Shown: in pieces, positions 18,825 through 26,846 of the stretch | How the letters are laid out: the number at the start of each line of letters is the position of its first letter | Numbering within the stretch: the first letter of the stretch is position 1 | From: a virus | IMG/VR virus record: IMGVR_UViG_3300000235_000002 | Reading direction: 5' to 3' (one strand) | Length of the DNA: 64,000 nt | The notes under the pieces: model-generated | The model's database searches: none | What the model saw: only the letters and a program-made list of their open reading frames with translations | What the model was told of the DNA's origin: nothing | Made by a program: the position numbers and the translations under genes

Positions 18825-19954
18825 CCGTTTTCAACAAGCTTTACTGCGGTGACAACTTAGAAATCATGAAAGAAAAAATGACGAGTAAAAGCGTAGATCT
18901 GATTTATATGGATCCCCCGTTCAATTCGGCACGTAATTTCTACATGGCGGGAGGAGAAGAAGCCTTTTGTGACGCATGGAAACTGGACGAGGCCGGTATA
19001 GCCAAGATGCATCGCATACCGTTGATCATGCGTGATTACGGGATAGATGCCCACCAGGTTCAGTTTTGGAAAGCATTTTTGATAGCACTCAAAAAAAAGA
19101 ATCCGTCTCTAATGGTGTACATGATCTACATGGTAGAACGATTGCTTGAGATGAAACGGATCTTGAAACCTACAGGATCGATTTACTTGCACTGTGATTC
19201 AACGGCGAGCCATTACATCAAGCTGATGATGGATGCGATTTTTGGTTACAAGAATTTCAGAAATGAGATTATTTGGAAGAGGAGTTCAGGAAATAACTGC
19301 ATCAAAAGCAAGTTTGGAGCAATCACAGACACAATCTTTTTCTACACGAAAAGCAGTAAATACTCATTTGAAAATCAATATGTTTGGGATGAAAAGTTTC
19401 AGAAGTACCTTGAAAAAGTCTATCGGTATATTGATGAAAATGGCAGAAGATATAGAGGCAACAGCATTACAAATTCTTTTTGCAAGCGGGGGTTTTACCA
19501 TACCTACAATGGGTACACGCCGCCTAAAAATGGCTGGCGTGTATCTCCTAAAACTATGGAAAAATTTGATGCTGAAGGACTATTAATATTTCCAAAATCC
19601 GCGAACGGAATAATACGAAAAAAGACGTATCTTGAGGATGCAAAAGGCAAGCTCATACCAAACCTTTGGGATGATGTCAAGGTATTGGGTTCAATGTCGA
19701 AAGAACGCCTTGGATATCCAACGCAAAAGCCGATCGCGCTAATAGAGAGAATCATCAAGGCTAGTTGTCCTGCAGGCGGCGTGGTATTTGATCCTTTTTG
19801 TGGTTCAGGCACAACGATCATAGCGGCAATCAAAAACAACATGCAATGGATAGGATGTGACATATCTGAACTAGCTGTTAAACTGGTAGAAAAACGCCTG
19901 ACAGGTGTTCATTCATCAGAGCGATCGGAGTCTAAACATGAAAAAAGAACCTGA
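18821..19954 (+). CDS. Orphan DNA methyltransferase (N6-A/N4-C, beta class)
   Basis: DPPF motif IV near N-terminus, YPTQKP and FDPFCGSGTT motif I near C-terminus; no adjacent restriction enzyme recognised. Confidence 0.93.
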   Translation: MTVFNKLYCGDNLEIMKEKMTSKSVDLIYMDPPFNSARNFYMAGGEEAFCDAWKLDEAGIAKMHRIPLIMRDYGIDAHQVQFWKAFLIALKKKNPSLMVYMIYMVERLLEMKRILKPTGSIYLHCDSTASHYIKLMMDAIFGYKNFRNEIIWKRSSGNNCIKSKFGAITDTIFFYTKSSKYSFENQYVWDEKFQKYLEKVYRYIDENGRRYRGNSITNSFCKRGFYHTYNGYTPPKNGWRVSPKTMEKFDAEGLLIFPKSANGIIRKKTYLEDAKGKLIPNLWDDVKVLGSMSKERLGYPTQKPIALIERIIKASCPAGGVVFDPFCGSGTTIIAAIKNNMQWIGCDISELAVKLVEKRLTGVHSSERSESKHEKRT

Positions 19955-20384
19955 TGTTTTAGAGATTAAGGCACACTATCAATTCTGGCGAGATCGGTAT
20001 GAACAAACGAAATCCGTGAAAGATTTAATCAACATGCAGAATCATTTGCAACAGTATTTGCGGCTCGTAAATGAACAGAAAGCCGACAAGGATTTTTTGA
20101 TAGATGAGGGAAATAGCCAATTAAAAAAACAACGAGAAGAGTCACTCAAACGAGAAGCGGCACAACGAAAATCAAGGCTCTCGGTTGCTTTGAAAATAGT
20201 CGAAGAACACATGAAAAATAGTGAAGGTCAACACAAAGCAATCACTATTTCTAAACAATACAGTCTTCTGTATAACGATGTGGCGAACAGTTTATACAAG
20301 CTGGAAAAGCTTGGTATGGTCAAAAAAACAAAGACTAAAGGCGTTCGAAATTACACTATTTCTTGGGAGAGATGCGATGATTAA
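19938..20384 (+). CDS. Hypothetical protein with C-terminal winged-HTH-like segment (track start 19905)
   Basis: GGAG RBS at 19927; VANSLYKLEKLGMVKK...RNYTI resembles a wHTH. Confidence 0.55.
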   Translation: MKKEPDVLEIKAHYQFWRDRYEQTKSVKDLINMQNHLQQYLRLVNEQKADKDFLIDEGNSQLKKQREESLKREAAQRKSRLSVALKIVEEHMKNSEGQHKAITISKQYSLLYNDVANSLYKLEKLGMVKKTKTKGVRNYTISWERCDD

Positions 20385-21337
20385 CCCACTTTTAGCTTTC
20401 TATAGACATCAGGTTTCCACTTTTCTTTGATCGCGGTTTGCAACATGGCTCTTGGGTTTTTAACCTGGCCTCTATCCATTTGAATGTTCACGGATTTTAA
20501 AGCATCGCTGACAGCGTCTTCACCGTTGTCGGTGATGAATCGTTTCGCAATCGCTCTGCTAAAGCCGTATTCAACCAATGAGTCAACTATGACTGATTCA
20601 GAACGGTATTCTTTTTGAAGTTGACGTACCTTTTCAGCGGTGCCTTCCGGTTGAATACGCTTCTTCTTGATCGTCCAGTCTAAGGCGACAACTTTCCGAG
20701 ATTCTTTGATTTCAACGTAATCAATTTCATACTCTGTTTTAGCGTTGATCTCGGTTTTTGCGCGATCTATAACTCTTGATTTAAGGTGAGCATAAAGTGT
20801 ATATTCGTCTTTTCGTATTCCACACCACGCGCGAATATCTTTAATACTGGTTTTTCTTTCTCCAATTGACTCATATTGAACTAGAAATTCAAGAATTCTC
20901 ATTGAATATGAACTATCTAACTTTAGATAGTTACCAAATTCCATGACCGTGAATTTCTCGTTAAGTTGAAGAAGGTAAGGCTTTAAGTCTGGATGAAATT
21001 TTAAATCGCAAATGCCCACTTTTGGATCCCACTCTGCAAAACAAAGCCATGCCATTTGCTTTGTTTTACCGGTCTCTTGATCTTCAATTTGAATCAGGCG
21101 AGTAATCAAAGACGCGGTTAATTTCTTCATTTCTCTGTATTGTGAATTTGGATCTAAGTTAACTTCTTGCGCAAATTCCTTAATGCTCACCCTATATTTT
21201 TTAAAATCAATATCATCTTTCCTTATTTTTTTTGAAAGCCACGCAACAAGTCTTTTCTCTTGAAAAGTTAGTCTATAGCTCGACTCAACTAAATAATTAC
21301 TTTGAACAACGATTTCCTTACCGATTGTTTTGATCAT
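20381..21337 (-). CDS. repB: Plasmid replication initiator, Rep_3 (RepB/RepA) family
   Basis: VVQSNYLVESSYRLTFQEKRL, LKFHPDLKPYLLQL, SSYSMRILE and VIDRAKTEIN motifs; iterons directly upstream. Confidence 0.93.
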   Translation of the reverse strand: MIKTIGKEIVVQSNYLVESSYRLTFQEKRLVAWLSKKIRKDDIDFKKYRVSIKEFAQEVNLDPNSQYREMKKLTASLITRLIQIEDQETGKTKQMAWLCFAEWDPKVGICDLKFHPDLKPYLLQLNEKFTVMEFGNYLKLDSSYSMRILEFLVQYESIGERKTSIKDIRAWCGIRKDEYTLYAHLKSRVIDRAKTEINAKTEYEIDYVEIKESRKVVALDWTIKKKRIQPEGTAEKVRQLQKEYRSESVIVDSLVEYGFSRAIAKRFITDNGEDAVSDALKSVNIQMDRGQVKNPRAMLQTAIKEKWKPDVYRKLKVG

Positions 21338-21375
21338 GAAAAAGACTCTCTATGGTTAGTTAATTCATTATCAAC

Positions 21376-21592
21376 TTATCCACAAAGTTATTAAATCACA
21401 AGTGATAGTTCACAGCGTAAATGTGATAGTTCACAGCGTAAATGTGATAGTTCACAGCGTAAATGTGATAGTTCACCCAGAAAAACACAATAAATACAAC
21501 GCATTAAAACCGCCTAAAATACTTAAAACTTAGTAAAAGTATAAAACTAAAGCAAAAAGGAAAAACAGAAAGTGAAGATTTTCTGTGGATAA
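21376..21592. promoter_or_regulatory. Iteron-type plasmid origin flanked by two inverted DnaA boxes
   Basis: TTATCCACA 21376-21384, iterons, AT-rich tract, TGTGGATAA 21584-21592. Confidence 0.9.
21402..21476 (+). repeat. Iterons: GTGATAGTTCACAGCGTAAAT x3 plus a 12-bp partial copy
   Basis: Perfect 21-bp tandem repeat with no spacers. Confidence 0.95.
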
Positions 21593-21643
21593 CTTTCTTC
21601 CAAGTGATAATATCTTGGTAGATGTTCAAAGCAGCAAGAGAAG

Positions 21644-22189
21644 TTGATCATGCAAGAAAAGAAAACACTTGGTCTCAAAACACCCATTCAGTTACCGCTT
21701 GGAAAGTCAATCCATGAACTGCCAAAAAAAGCTAAACAAAAACCACACGCTGAACTTCGTGAAGAAAAACTAAAAGCTGTTACACGCAAAGAAGCTGATG
21801 AGAAAAAAGCTGCTTTTGCACTGATCAAGCAGAAAAGGCAGCAAATTCTTGAATGAGCAGTTCAAGAATTTCCAAACTGCTTTTCATTGGAAGATCCAAA
21901 ACCGCTCAAGCAGAAAATACATGCAGATATTCAAAATCACTTTAGTGAAGAGGTTTCAAAGCGTCAGTTCAAAGACCTCAGAGGTTGTTTGCATCGGTAT
22001 ACCAATTCCAAACAATACCATCAATCAATACTAGTGAAACCTAATCGCATTGACTTGAATGGCAATCCTGTTGAAGAAATCTCACAAGAACATCGCGATC
22101 ATTCCAAACAAAGACTTGGCAGGTTTGTTAAACGTGATAGAAAAAAGAATGTCAAAAAGACGTTTAAGAAGTTGATTGAAAACAATTAA
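21644..22189 (+). pseudogene. ProQ/FinO-family RNA chaperone interrupted by one in-frame TGA (21854-21856)
   Basis: Track ORFs 21644-21856 and 21887-22189 share a frame: ILE*AVQEFPNCFSLEDPKPLK...LHRYTNSKQY...RIDLNGNP, the ProQ/FinO signature. Confidence 0.75.
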
Positions 22190-22200
22190 TGTGGTATATT
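22172..22200 (+). promoter_or_regulatory. Sigma70-like promoter
   Basis: TTGATT-17 nt-TATATT with TG extension, 22 nt before the ATG at 22223. Confidence 0.45.
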
Positions 22201-22222
22201 GATCTGAAAAGGTTTATCGCTA

Positions 22223-22414
22223 ATGAAAATATTTCACATAGCCATCTTTTCAATCTTCACCGTCTACTTCTCGTATGTTTCTTTCTTGACCTGGTTGTCA
22301 CAACAGCCTATCGATCAAACTCTTCTGGACTATCGCAAAGAACGAGATGAAAAATTCAAGAAGAGACGTGATCAACTCAATAGCACTTCTGGCTTCTCTT
22401 TCAAAAACTTGTAA
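22223..22414 (+). CDS. Small membrane-anchored protein (63 aa)
   Basis: N-terminal hydrophobic helix, charged C-terminus. Confidence 0.55.
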   Translation: MKIFHIAIFSIFTVYFSYVSFLTWLSQQPIDQTLLDYRKERDEKFKKRRDQLNSTSGFSFKNL

Positions 22415-22555
22415 CTAACACTTACCAAACCAGTTTAGAACATTCATTAAAACCTCATACGTGACCGCTGAGTGGCCTTTAGTCTTTTATCTATCAAAGG
22501 TGAAGCCTCTACCGCTTTAAGGCGATAATTTTAACTCATTTTCAGGACTATAAAA

Positions 22556-23287
22556 ATGTTGGTTACTAAAACTAATGATTGGACTCTAGATTTTTTGCAA
22601 GAAGATATAAAATTAACTCCCACAAGTTTATATCATTTATTGTATCCTAATAGTTCAAGCGCTAACAAAAAAAGTAAAATGGAATTAATAGAGGATTTAA
22701 TTAATTGCTATGAGAAATATGACAAAAAGTCTAAAAAATACAAAGTTTTAGATACACTATCAGAAATAAATACTTTTGATATGAATGCTTGGCGCTGGAT
22801 TAAAATACAGAGAAAAGAGCTACAAGAAATATGCAGAAGATACACTGATAATGTAGAGCTATGGAGCGAAGAAGCGACAGAATTTATTGTTGGCAGGCTA
22901 ATATTTGCGGAGTTTATTGGAACATATGAGTTACTGTATGGCTCTAAATCACCTGCATGGGGAATGTTTAAAAAAATTTACAAATGGACATTTAGAGCTT
23001 TTGTTATCTACTTATGCATAGATTTTAAAAACGTATATCTATTGGGGGGCTATATTGCTTGGATAATAAATTCGGAATTTACTGATTATATGGCTACTAA
23101 TGCTCGGAATAAAATAATACAACAAATGTGTTGCACCTTAAGAGTATTCGACTTTAGACATACTGTAAACTTTGGTTTGTTATTAGAGAAAATAAAAAAT
23201 GATTGCTTAAACTATCTAATACATTGGGATCATGAAGTTTATACTTTGCTAGAAAAAGTAATCAACAGAAAAATGACTGATAAATAA
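22556..23287 (+). CDS. AT-rich hypothetical protein (243 aa), possibly with one membrane segment
   Basis: Long ORF, AGGA RBS, hydrophobic segment near aa 145-175; no recognised motif. Confidence 0.65.
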   Translation: MLVTKTNDWTLDFLQEDIKLTPTSLYHLLYPNSSSANKKSKMELIEDLINCYEKYDKKSKKYKVLDTLSEINTFDMNAWRWIKIQRKELQEICRRYTDNVELWSEEATEFIVGRLIFAEFIGTYELLYGSKSPAWGMFKKIYKWTFRAFVIYLCIDFKNVYLLGGYIAWIINSEFTDYMATNARNKIIQQMCCTLRVFDFRHTVNFGLLLEKIKNDCLNYLIHWDHEVYTLLEKVINRKMTDK

Positions 23288-23390
23288 AGTGTAACGTTTT
23301 GTTAATTCAATTTTTTAATCAATTTCGTTGAAAAACATCTGTTTTTTCACCTATGTATGTTTTATCAGAGTCTTATCCTAATGACATTGG

Positions 23391-23419
23391 AGATCAGCAA
23401 GCACCGTGCTTGCTGATCT
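23391..23419. repeat. Perfect 29-bp palindrome
   Basis: AGATCAGCAAGCAC-C-GTGCTTGCTGATCT. Confidence 0.9.
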
Positions 23420-23680
23420 GAAAGCGCAACAGACTAGAGTTCAAATCTCCAGCCTGCTGCTAACCACCACAGAATAGACAGGAACCCGTGATGGCTAAAG
23501 AAATATTAAGTCAACTGATGTCGTTAAAGCAAGTGCTTTTCCGCCAAGAAATCCTTTTTAGATGCTGTACTTTCATCGAATTTACAAGCTACTTTTTCTG
23601 GCCTGATTTTCCACCTTTTCTTTTGTCTCCGCGTGATTTTTTCTGTGGTATCATTCCATCCATCAACAGGAAATAATCCC

Positions 23681-24121
23681 ATGGAAATACCAATCTACAA
23701 CGATTACCGCGATCATACCTATGCAAAGCTGATCAGTATACTCTTCTCAAGCGACAGCAAACCGCTATGCTCCAAGAACGAACATGATCTTTGGCAGCTC
23801 ATTCATGATATCGTCACGTTAAACAAGGATGCATACAAATTTTTCATTGATGCATTGCAAAGAATGCGAGCAGTCCATGAATTAACTGACGTAATTTTTC
23901 GACGACTTTTGACAGATCAAGAACAGGCTGAAGCATTCGAAGAACTCAGAAATCGCAAGATGTCGATATCACCGCCATTCAAGAAACAGTACCTCATCCT
24001 GATTTCTGAATTGGCGTCTTTGCCGGAAGAAAGTTACCAATGCTTTCTGGTGCTGATAGAAAGTCTAAGAGATGAGAGGGTTCACTCTGTCTTAGACTAT
24101 TTCACTCCGCATTTGCCTTGA
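23681..24121 (+). CDS. Hypothetical helical protein (~146 aa; track start 23633)
   Basis: AGGA RBS before ATG 23681. Confidence 0.55.
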   Translation: MEIPIYNDYRDHTYAKLISILFSSDSKPLCSKNEHDLWQLIHDIVTLNKDAYKFFIDALQRMRAVHELTDVIFRRLLTDQEQAEAFEELRNRKMSISPPFKKQYLILISELASLPEESYQCFLVLIESLRDERVHSVLDYFTPHLP

Positions 24122-24184
24122 TTGTAGGAGGTAGGTGTGAAAAAGTAGTTTCAATTTGAGAAACAAAAGAATGGAGATGTCACA

Positions 24185-24442
24185 ATGGACTGGACACAAA
24201 CAATCGCTTTAGGTGGTACTTTAATAGGTTCCATGGTTGGGATGGTCGTATTCTTATATAAGATTAACGATAAATCTATTCATGAATGGCGGTCAGAGCA
24301 TAAGGATCAGATGCAGAAGAGTGATTCACGGTTTGAGAAAGCAATGAGCATAATTGATGCTCGTTTAGAAAAGAACGAAGCACACTGGCGGGAGATGTTC
24401 ATGTACATGAATGACCGTATTGATAAAGTTAGGGAGAAGTGA
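24185..24442 (+). CDS. Membrane-anchored coiled-coil protein (85 aa)
   Basis: GGAG RBS, N-terminal TM helix, charged helical tail. Confidence 0.65.
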   Translation: MDWTQTIALGGTLIGSMVGMVVFLYKINDKSIHEWRSEHKDQMQKSDSRFEKAMSIIDARLEKNEAHWREMFMYMNDRIDKVREK

Positions 24443-24443
24443 G

Positions 24444-24611
24444 ATGGACTGGAAAACAATCTTGGGAACAATAATTAACTGTATATCGATAGTGTTACTT
24501 TTATTGGCATTCATTCAACTGTACTTTATTGAAAGAAGAAACTAATCACATTGGCGAGAAATGTTTCGGTACATGAACGATCGTTTGGATAGAAGCGTGG
24601 AGAAGAAATGA
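24444..24611 (+). pseudogene. Degenerate tandem paralogue of the 85-aa gene with an in-frame TAA
   Basis: MDWKTILG...ERRN*SHWREMFRYMNDRLD versus MDWTQTI...EKNEAHWREMFMYMNDRID. Confidence 0.65.
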
Positions 24612-24910
24612 AATTTATTGAAAAAACTAGAAAAGTAATAGACGATTTTTTTGACCTTGTTTCATCATTACCACAAAAGAAGTTTGTTAAATTGATGCAA
24701 TTTCTGATTGATCTGCGTGATCTAAAAGCCGCAACTCAAAAAGAAGATTTTAGAGAGATGCATACGTTTTTAATTTCAAAAAACCAAGATTTCCGCGACT
24801 TGTTCGCGTGGTTAATTTGTATAGGTGATGCTGAATTTAACGAAAGAATTACGACAATACGTATTTATCGACTGACCAACGGCGCTACTTTTAAACAAAC
24901 AAAAATGTGA
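24608..24910 (+). CDS. Hypothetical protein (100 aa)
   Basis: ATGA overlap with the preceding stop; last gene of the plus-strand arm. Confidence 0.55.
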   Translation: MKFIEKTRKVIDDFFDLVSSLPQKKFVKLMQFLIDLRDLKAATQKEDFREMHTFLISKNQDFRDLFAWLICIGDAEFNERITTIRIYRLTNGATFKQTKM

Positions 24911-24923
24911 TTTTTGGATAACT

Positions 24924-26846
24924 TCATTCCTCTTTCTTCTCATGCATGATCTTGTTCGCTGTTTGAATGCTCATGCCTGTTTCTTTCTGGAATATATTTG
25001 ATATCTGATTCGAAAGAGCAGGTGTCGGTTCTTTAGCATATCGGGTTGCCAGATTCAGAAATCTCTTGTTGGTCAGCAACTGATACGCAGCGGTTGATCC
25101 TACGGCGGCTTTGACTAGCATCACAGGATTAAATATCATACCTAGCACAAAGTTTGTTGTGGCAGTACCTGACGAATTAGGATTGTTTTTCGTCATCAAT
25201 GCAAGCGATTCTGCCGCTTCAACGAAATCATTCAATCTTTTGTGTTCGCTACCAAGATTGTTTTTCAGCATCTTCTCGTTTTTGTGTTTCTTCAATAGCG
25301 TTGCAAGCGATTGGTAAGCGACTTCTTCTTTGTCTGAACCCAGTTTCAATTTGTCCGAAAGCAATTGATCCAATGCGTCACGCCTCGCTGTTTTCGCATA
25401 CGTCTTGTTGGCATCCTTTAATCTTTCCAGAAACTCAGGGTTTTTTGATCTACCGTATGCTTCCAGTTCTCGATTTGTTGCACCTTGAACTCTCTTCAAC
25501 AAATTCAGCGTATCGGCATCTGAACGATCAAACAGATTTTTGTCTTTCATGAATTTGTTCAATTCAGTATTTTGGCGAATTAGCTTTTTCACTGAAATCG
25601 GCTTCAATTCTGTTTGCGCATTAACCAATTCTCTGATCTTCGCTTGTGCTTCGGGTGCCATCTTCTCAAAGCCTTCAGGCAAAGACGGTACCTTTCCGAC
25701 TATTTGATCTTTGATTTTTCCCGTAATATCCAACAGTGCTTTCGTCGGCGCAGCATGAACCGTCGAGTCAAGACTGTTTTCCAGTTGGTGAATCGTGTTC
25801 AACAAGTCTTTCGCCAAAACCGTATCGGATTCAGGAACAGATTTGCGCATCAAGTCATATTTGCTTGATATCTCTTTTGAGACTTCGTCTGTTGTTGATG
25901 AACCAACGCTATCCAGCATTTCTTCAAACTTGTTTTTGTATTCTTGAGAGGCTTTCGTGAATCGATCTTTGAGCTTGTCGCCGACAAAAGGAGTTTTACC
26001 GACGAGTTGAGCCGCAAGATTTGCAGCCTTGCTATCCGTGAATCCGATATTTGGAATATCTATACCAAGTCTTTCAGCCGCTTCAACGCCTTTGACGTTC
26101 AGGTTTCCTTTTCCAAACCCGGTCAAACTGACAACTCCTCTTTTGAGACTTTCAGGACTTAGCTTTCTCACCGCCAAATCTGCCAGCAAGCCCGCACCAA
26201 GCCCTTCTCCTAAAGATCTTCCGCCTGAGTGTCCTGCTTGTTGTGCTGCCTCTGTAGCGGCTCCTGCAGCACCTGCACCCGCTAAAGCAGACGGTTTGAG
26301 ACTGCCGATCGCATTGAATGCAGATCCAAGCGTCTTAGCCCCTAAATGTGTAGCCGCCTTTCCAAGCCCACCCCCTGTAGCAACGGACGCGGCCATTTTC
26401 AGCCCGTCAAAAAACCATTTCTGATTTTCCGGTGTGGTCGTATAGCCGTCAGTCATTTTGTCGATCCGCTTGTCGATCGCCTCAGTTGCCGATGGAATCA
26501 TCGGTAAATCTACATCGTACGGCATGTCGGGCGCATCAGGATTGAAAGCCGCGCCGATTCTTCTAATTTCGGGATCTATCGCTTGACGTTGTGTGTTGTG
26601 CGCTGTGGCAAGTAGGTTATACGGCATCGTTAAAGTGTCGGCAATACCACCTACAGCCCCTGATACTAGTCCCTTGCTAGTCGTGGCAGCAAAATTTCCC
26701 AAAGACGACTCAGCAGGCTTTATTTGCGGTTTTTGTTTAAACTGATCCCAAAACTGATCTTCGGACATCTTTTTTGGGGCGGAAACTTTGAATTGATCCC
26801 AGAAAGCATCAACACTTGATTGAGAAGTATTAGTTAATTTAGTCAA
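24924..26846 (-). CDS. Probable internal virion / DNA ejection protein (640 aa)
   Basis: Last gene of the tail operon; Gly/Ala-rich hydrophobic N-half and helical C-half, typical of podovirus ejection proteins. Confidence 0.55.
   Translation of the reverse strand: MTKLTNTSQSSVDAFWDQFKVSAPKKMSEDQFWDQFKQKPQIKPAESSLGNFAATTSKGLVSGAVGGIADTLTMPYNLLATAHNTQRQAIDPEIRRIGAAFNPDAPDMPYDVDLPMIPSATEAIDKRIDKMTDGYTTTPENQKWFFDGLKMAASVATGGGLGKAATHLGAKTLGSAFNAIGSLKPSALAGAGAAGAATEAAQQAGHSGGRSLGEGLGAGLLADLAVRKLSPESLKRGVVSLTGFGKGNLNVKGVEAAERLGIDIPNIGFTDSKAANLAAQLVGKTPFVGDKLKDRFTKASQEYKNKFEEMLDSVGSSTTDEVSKEISSKYDLMRKSVPESDTVLAKDLLNTIHQLENSLDSTVHAAPTKALLDITGKIKDQIVGKVPSLPEGFEKMAPEAQAKIRELVNAQTELKPISVKKLIRQNTELNKFMKDKNLFDRSDADTLNLLKRVQGATNRELEAYGRSKNPEFLERLKDANKTYAKTARRDALDQLLSDKLKLGSDKEEVAYQSLATLLKKHKNEKMLKNNLGSEHKRLNDFVEAAESLALMTKNNPNSSGTATTNFVLGMIFNPVMLVKAAVGSTAAYQLLTNKRFLNLATRYAKEPTPALSNQISNIFQKETGMSIQTANKIMHEKKEE

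Noticed and set aside
21402-21476. 21-bp repeats as a CRISPR array, with the Cas4-like gene as cas4
   Set aside because: The repeats are contiguous with no spacers and lie upstream of a Rep_3 gene (iterons). No cas1/cas2 is present, and the nuclease sits in a Sak4/SSB module.
21854-21856. TGA=Trp genetic code (table 4) suggested by the proQ stop
   Set aside because: Many genes end in TGA with tight ATGA overlaps, long genes are fully open under code 11 using TGG, and the other in-frame lesion is TAA.
23396-23470. tRNA gene or suppressor tRNA (T-loop-like GTTCAAATC, downstream ACCA)
   Set aside because: The segment between the putative acceptor and T arms is about 9 nt too short, there are no credible D or anticodon arms, both stems have mismatches, and CCA is out of register. 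tRNAscan-SE/ARAGORN would settle it.
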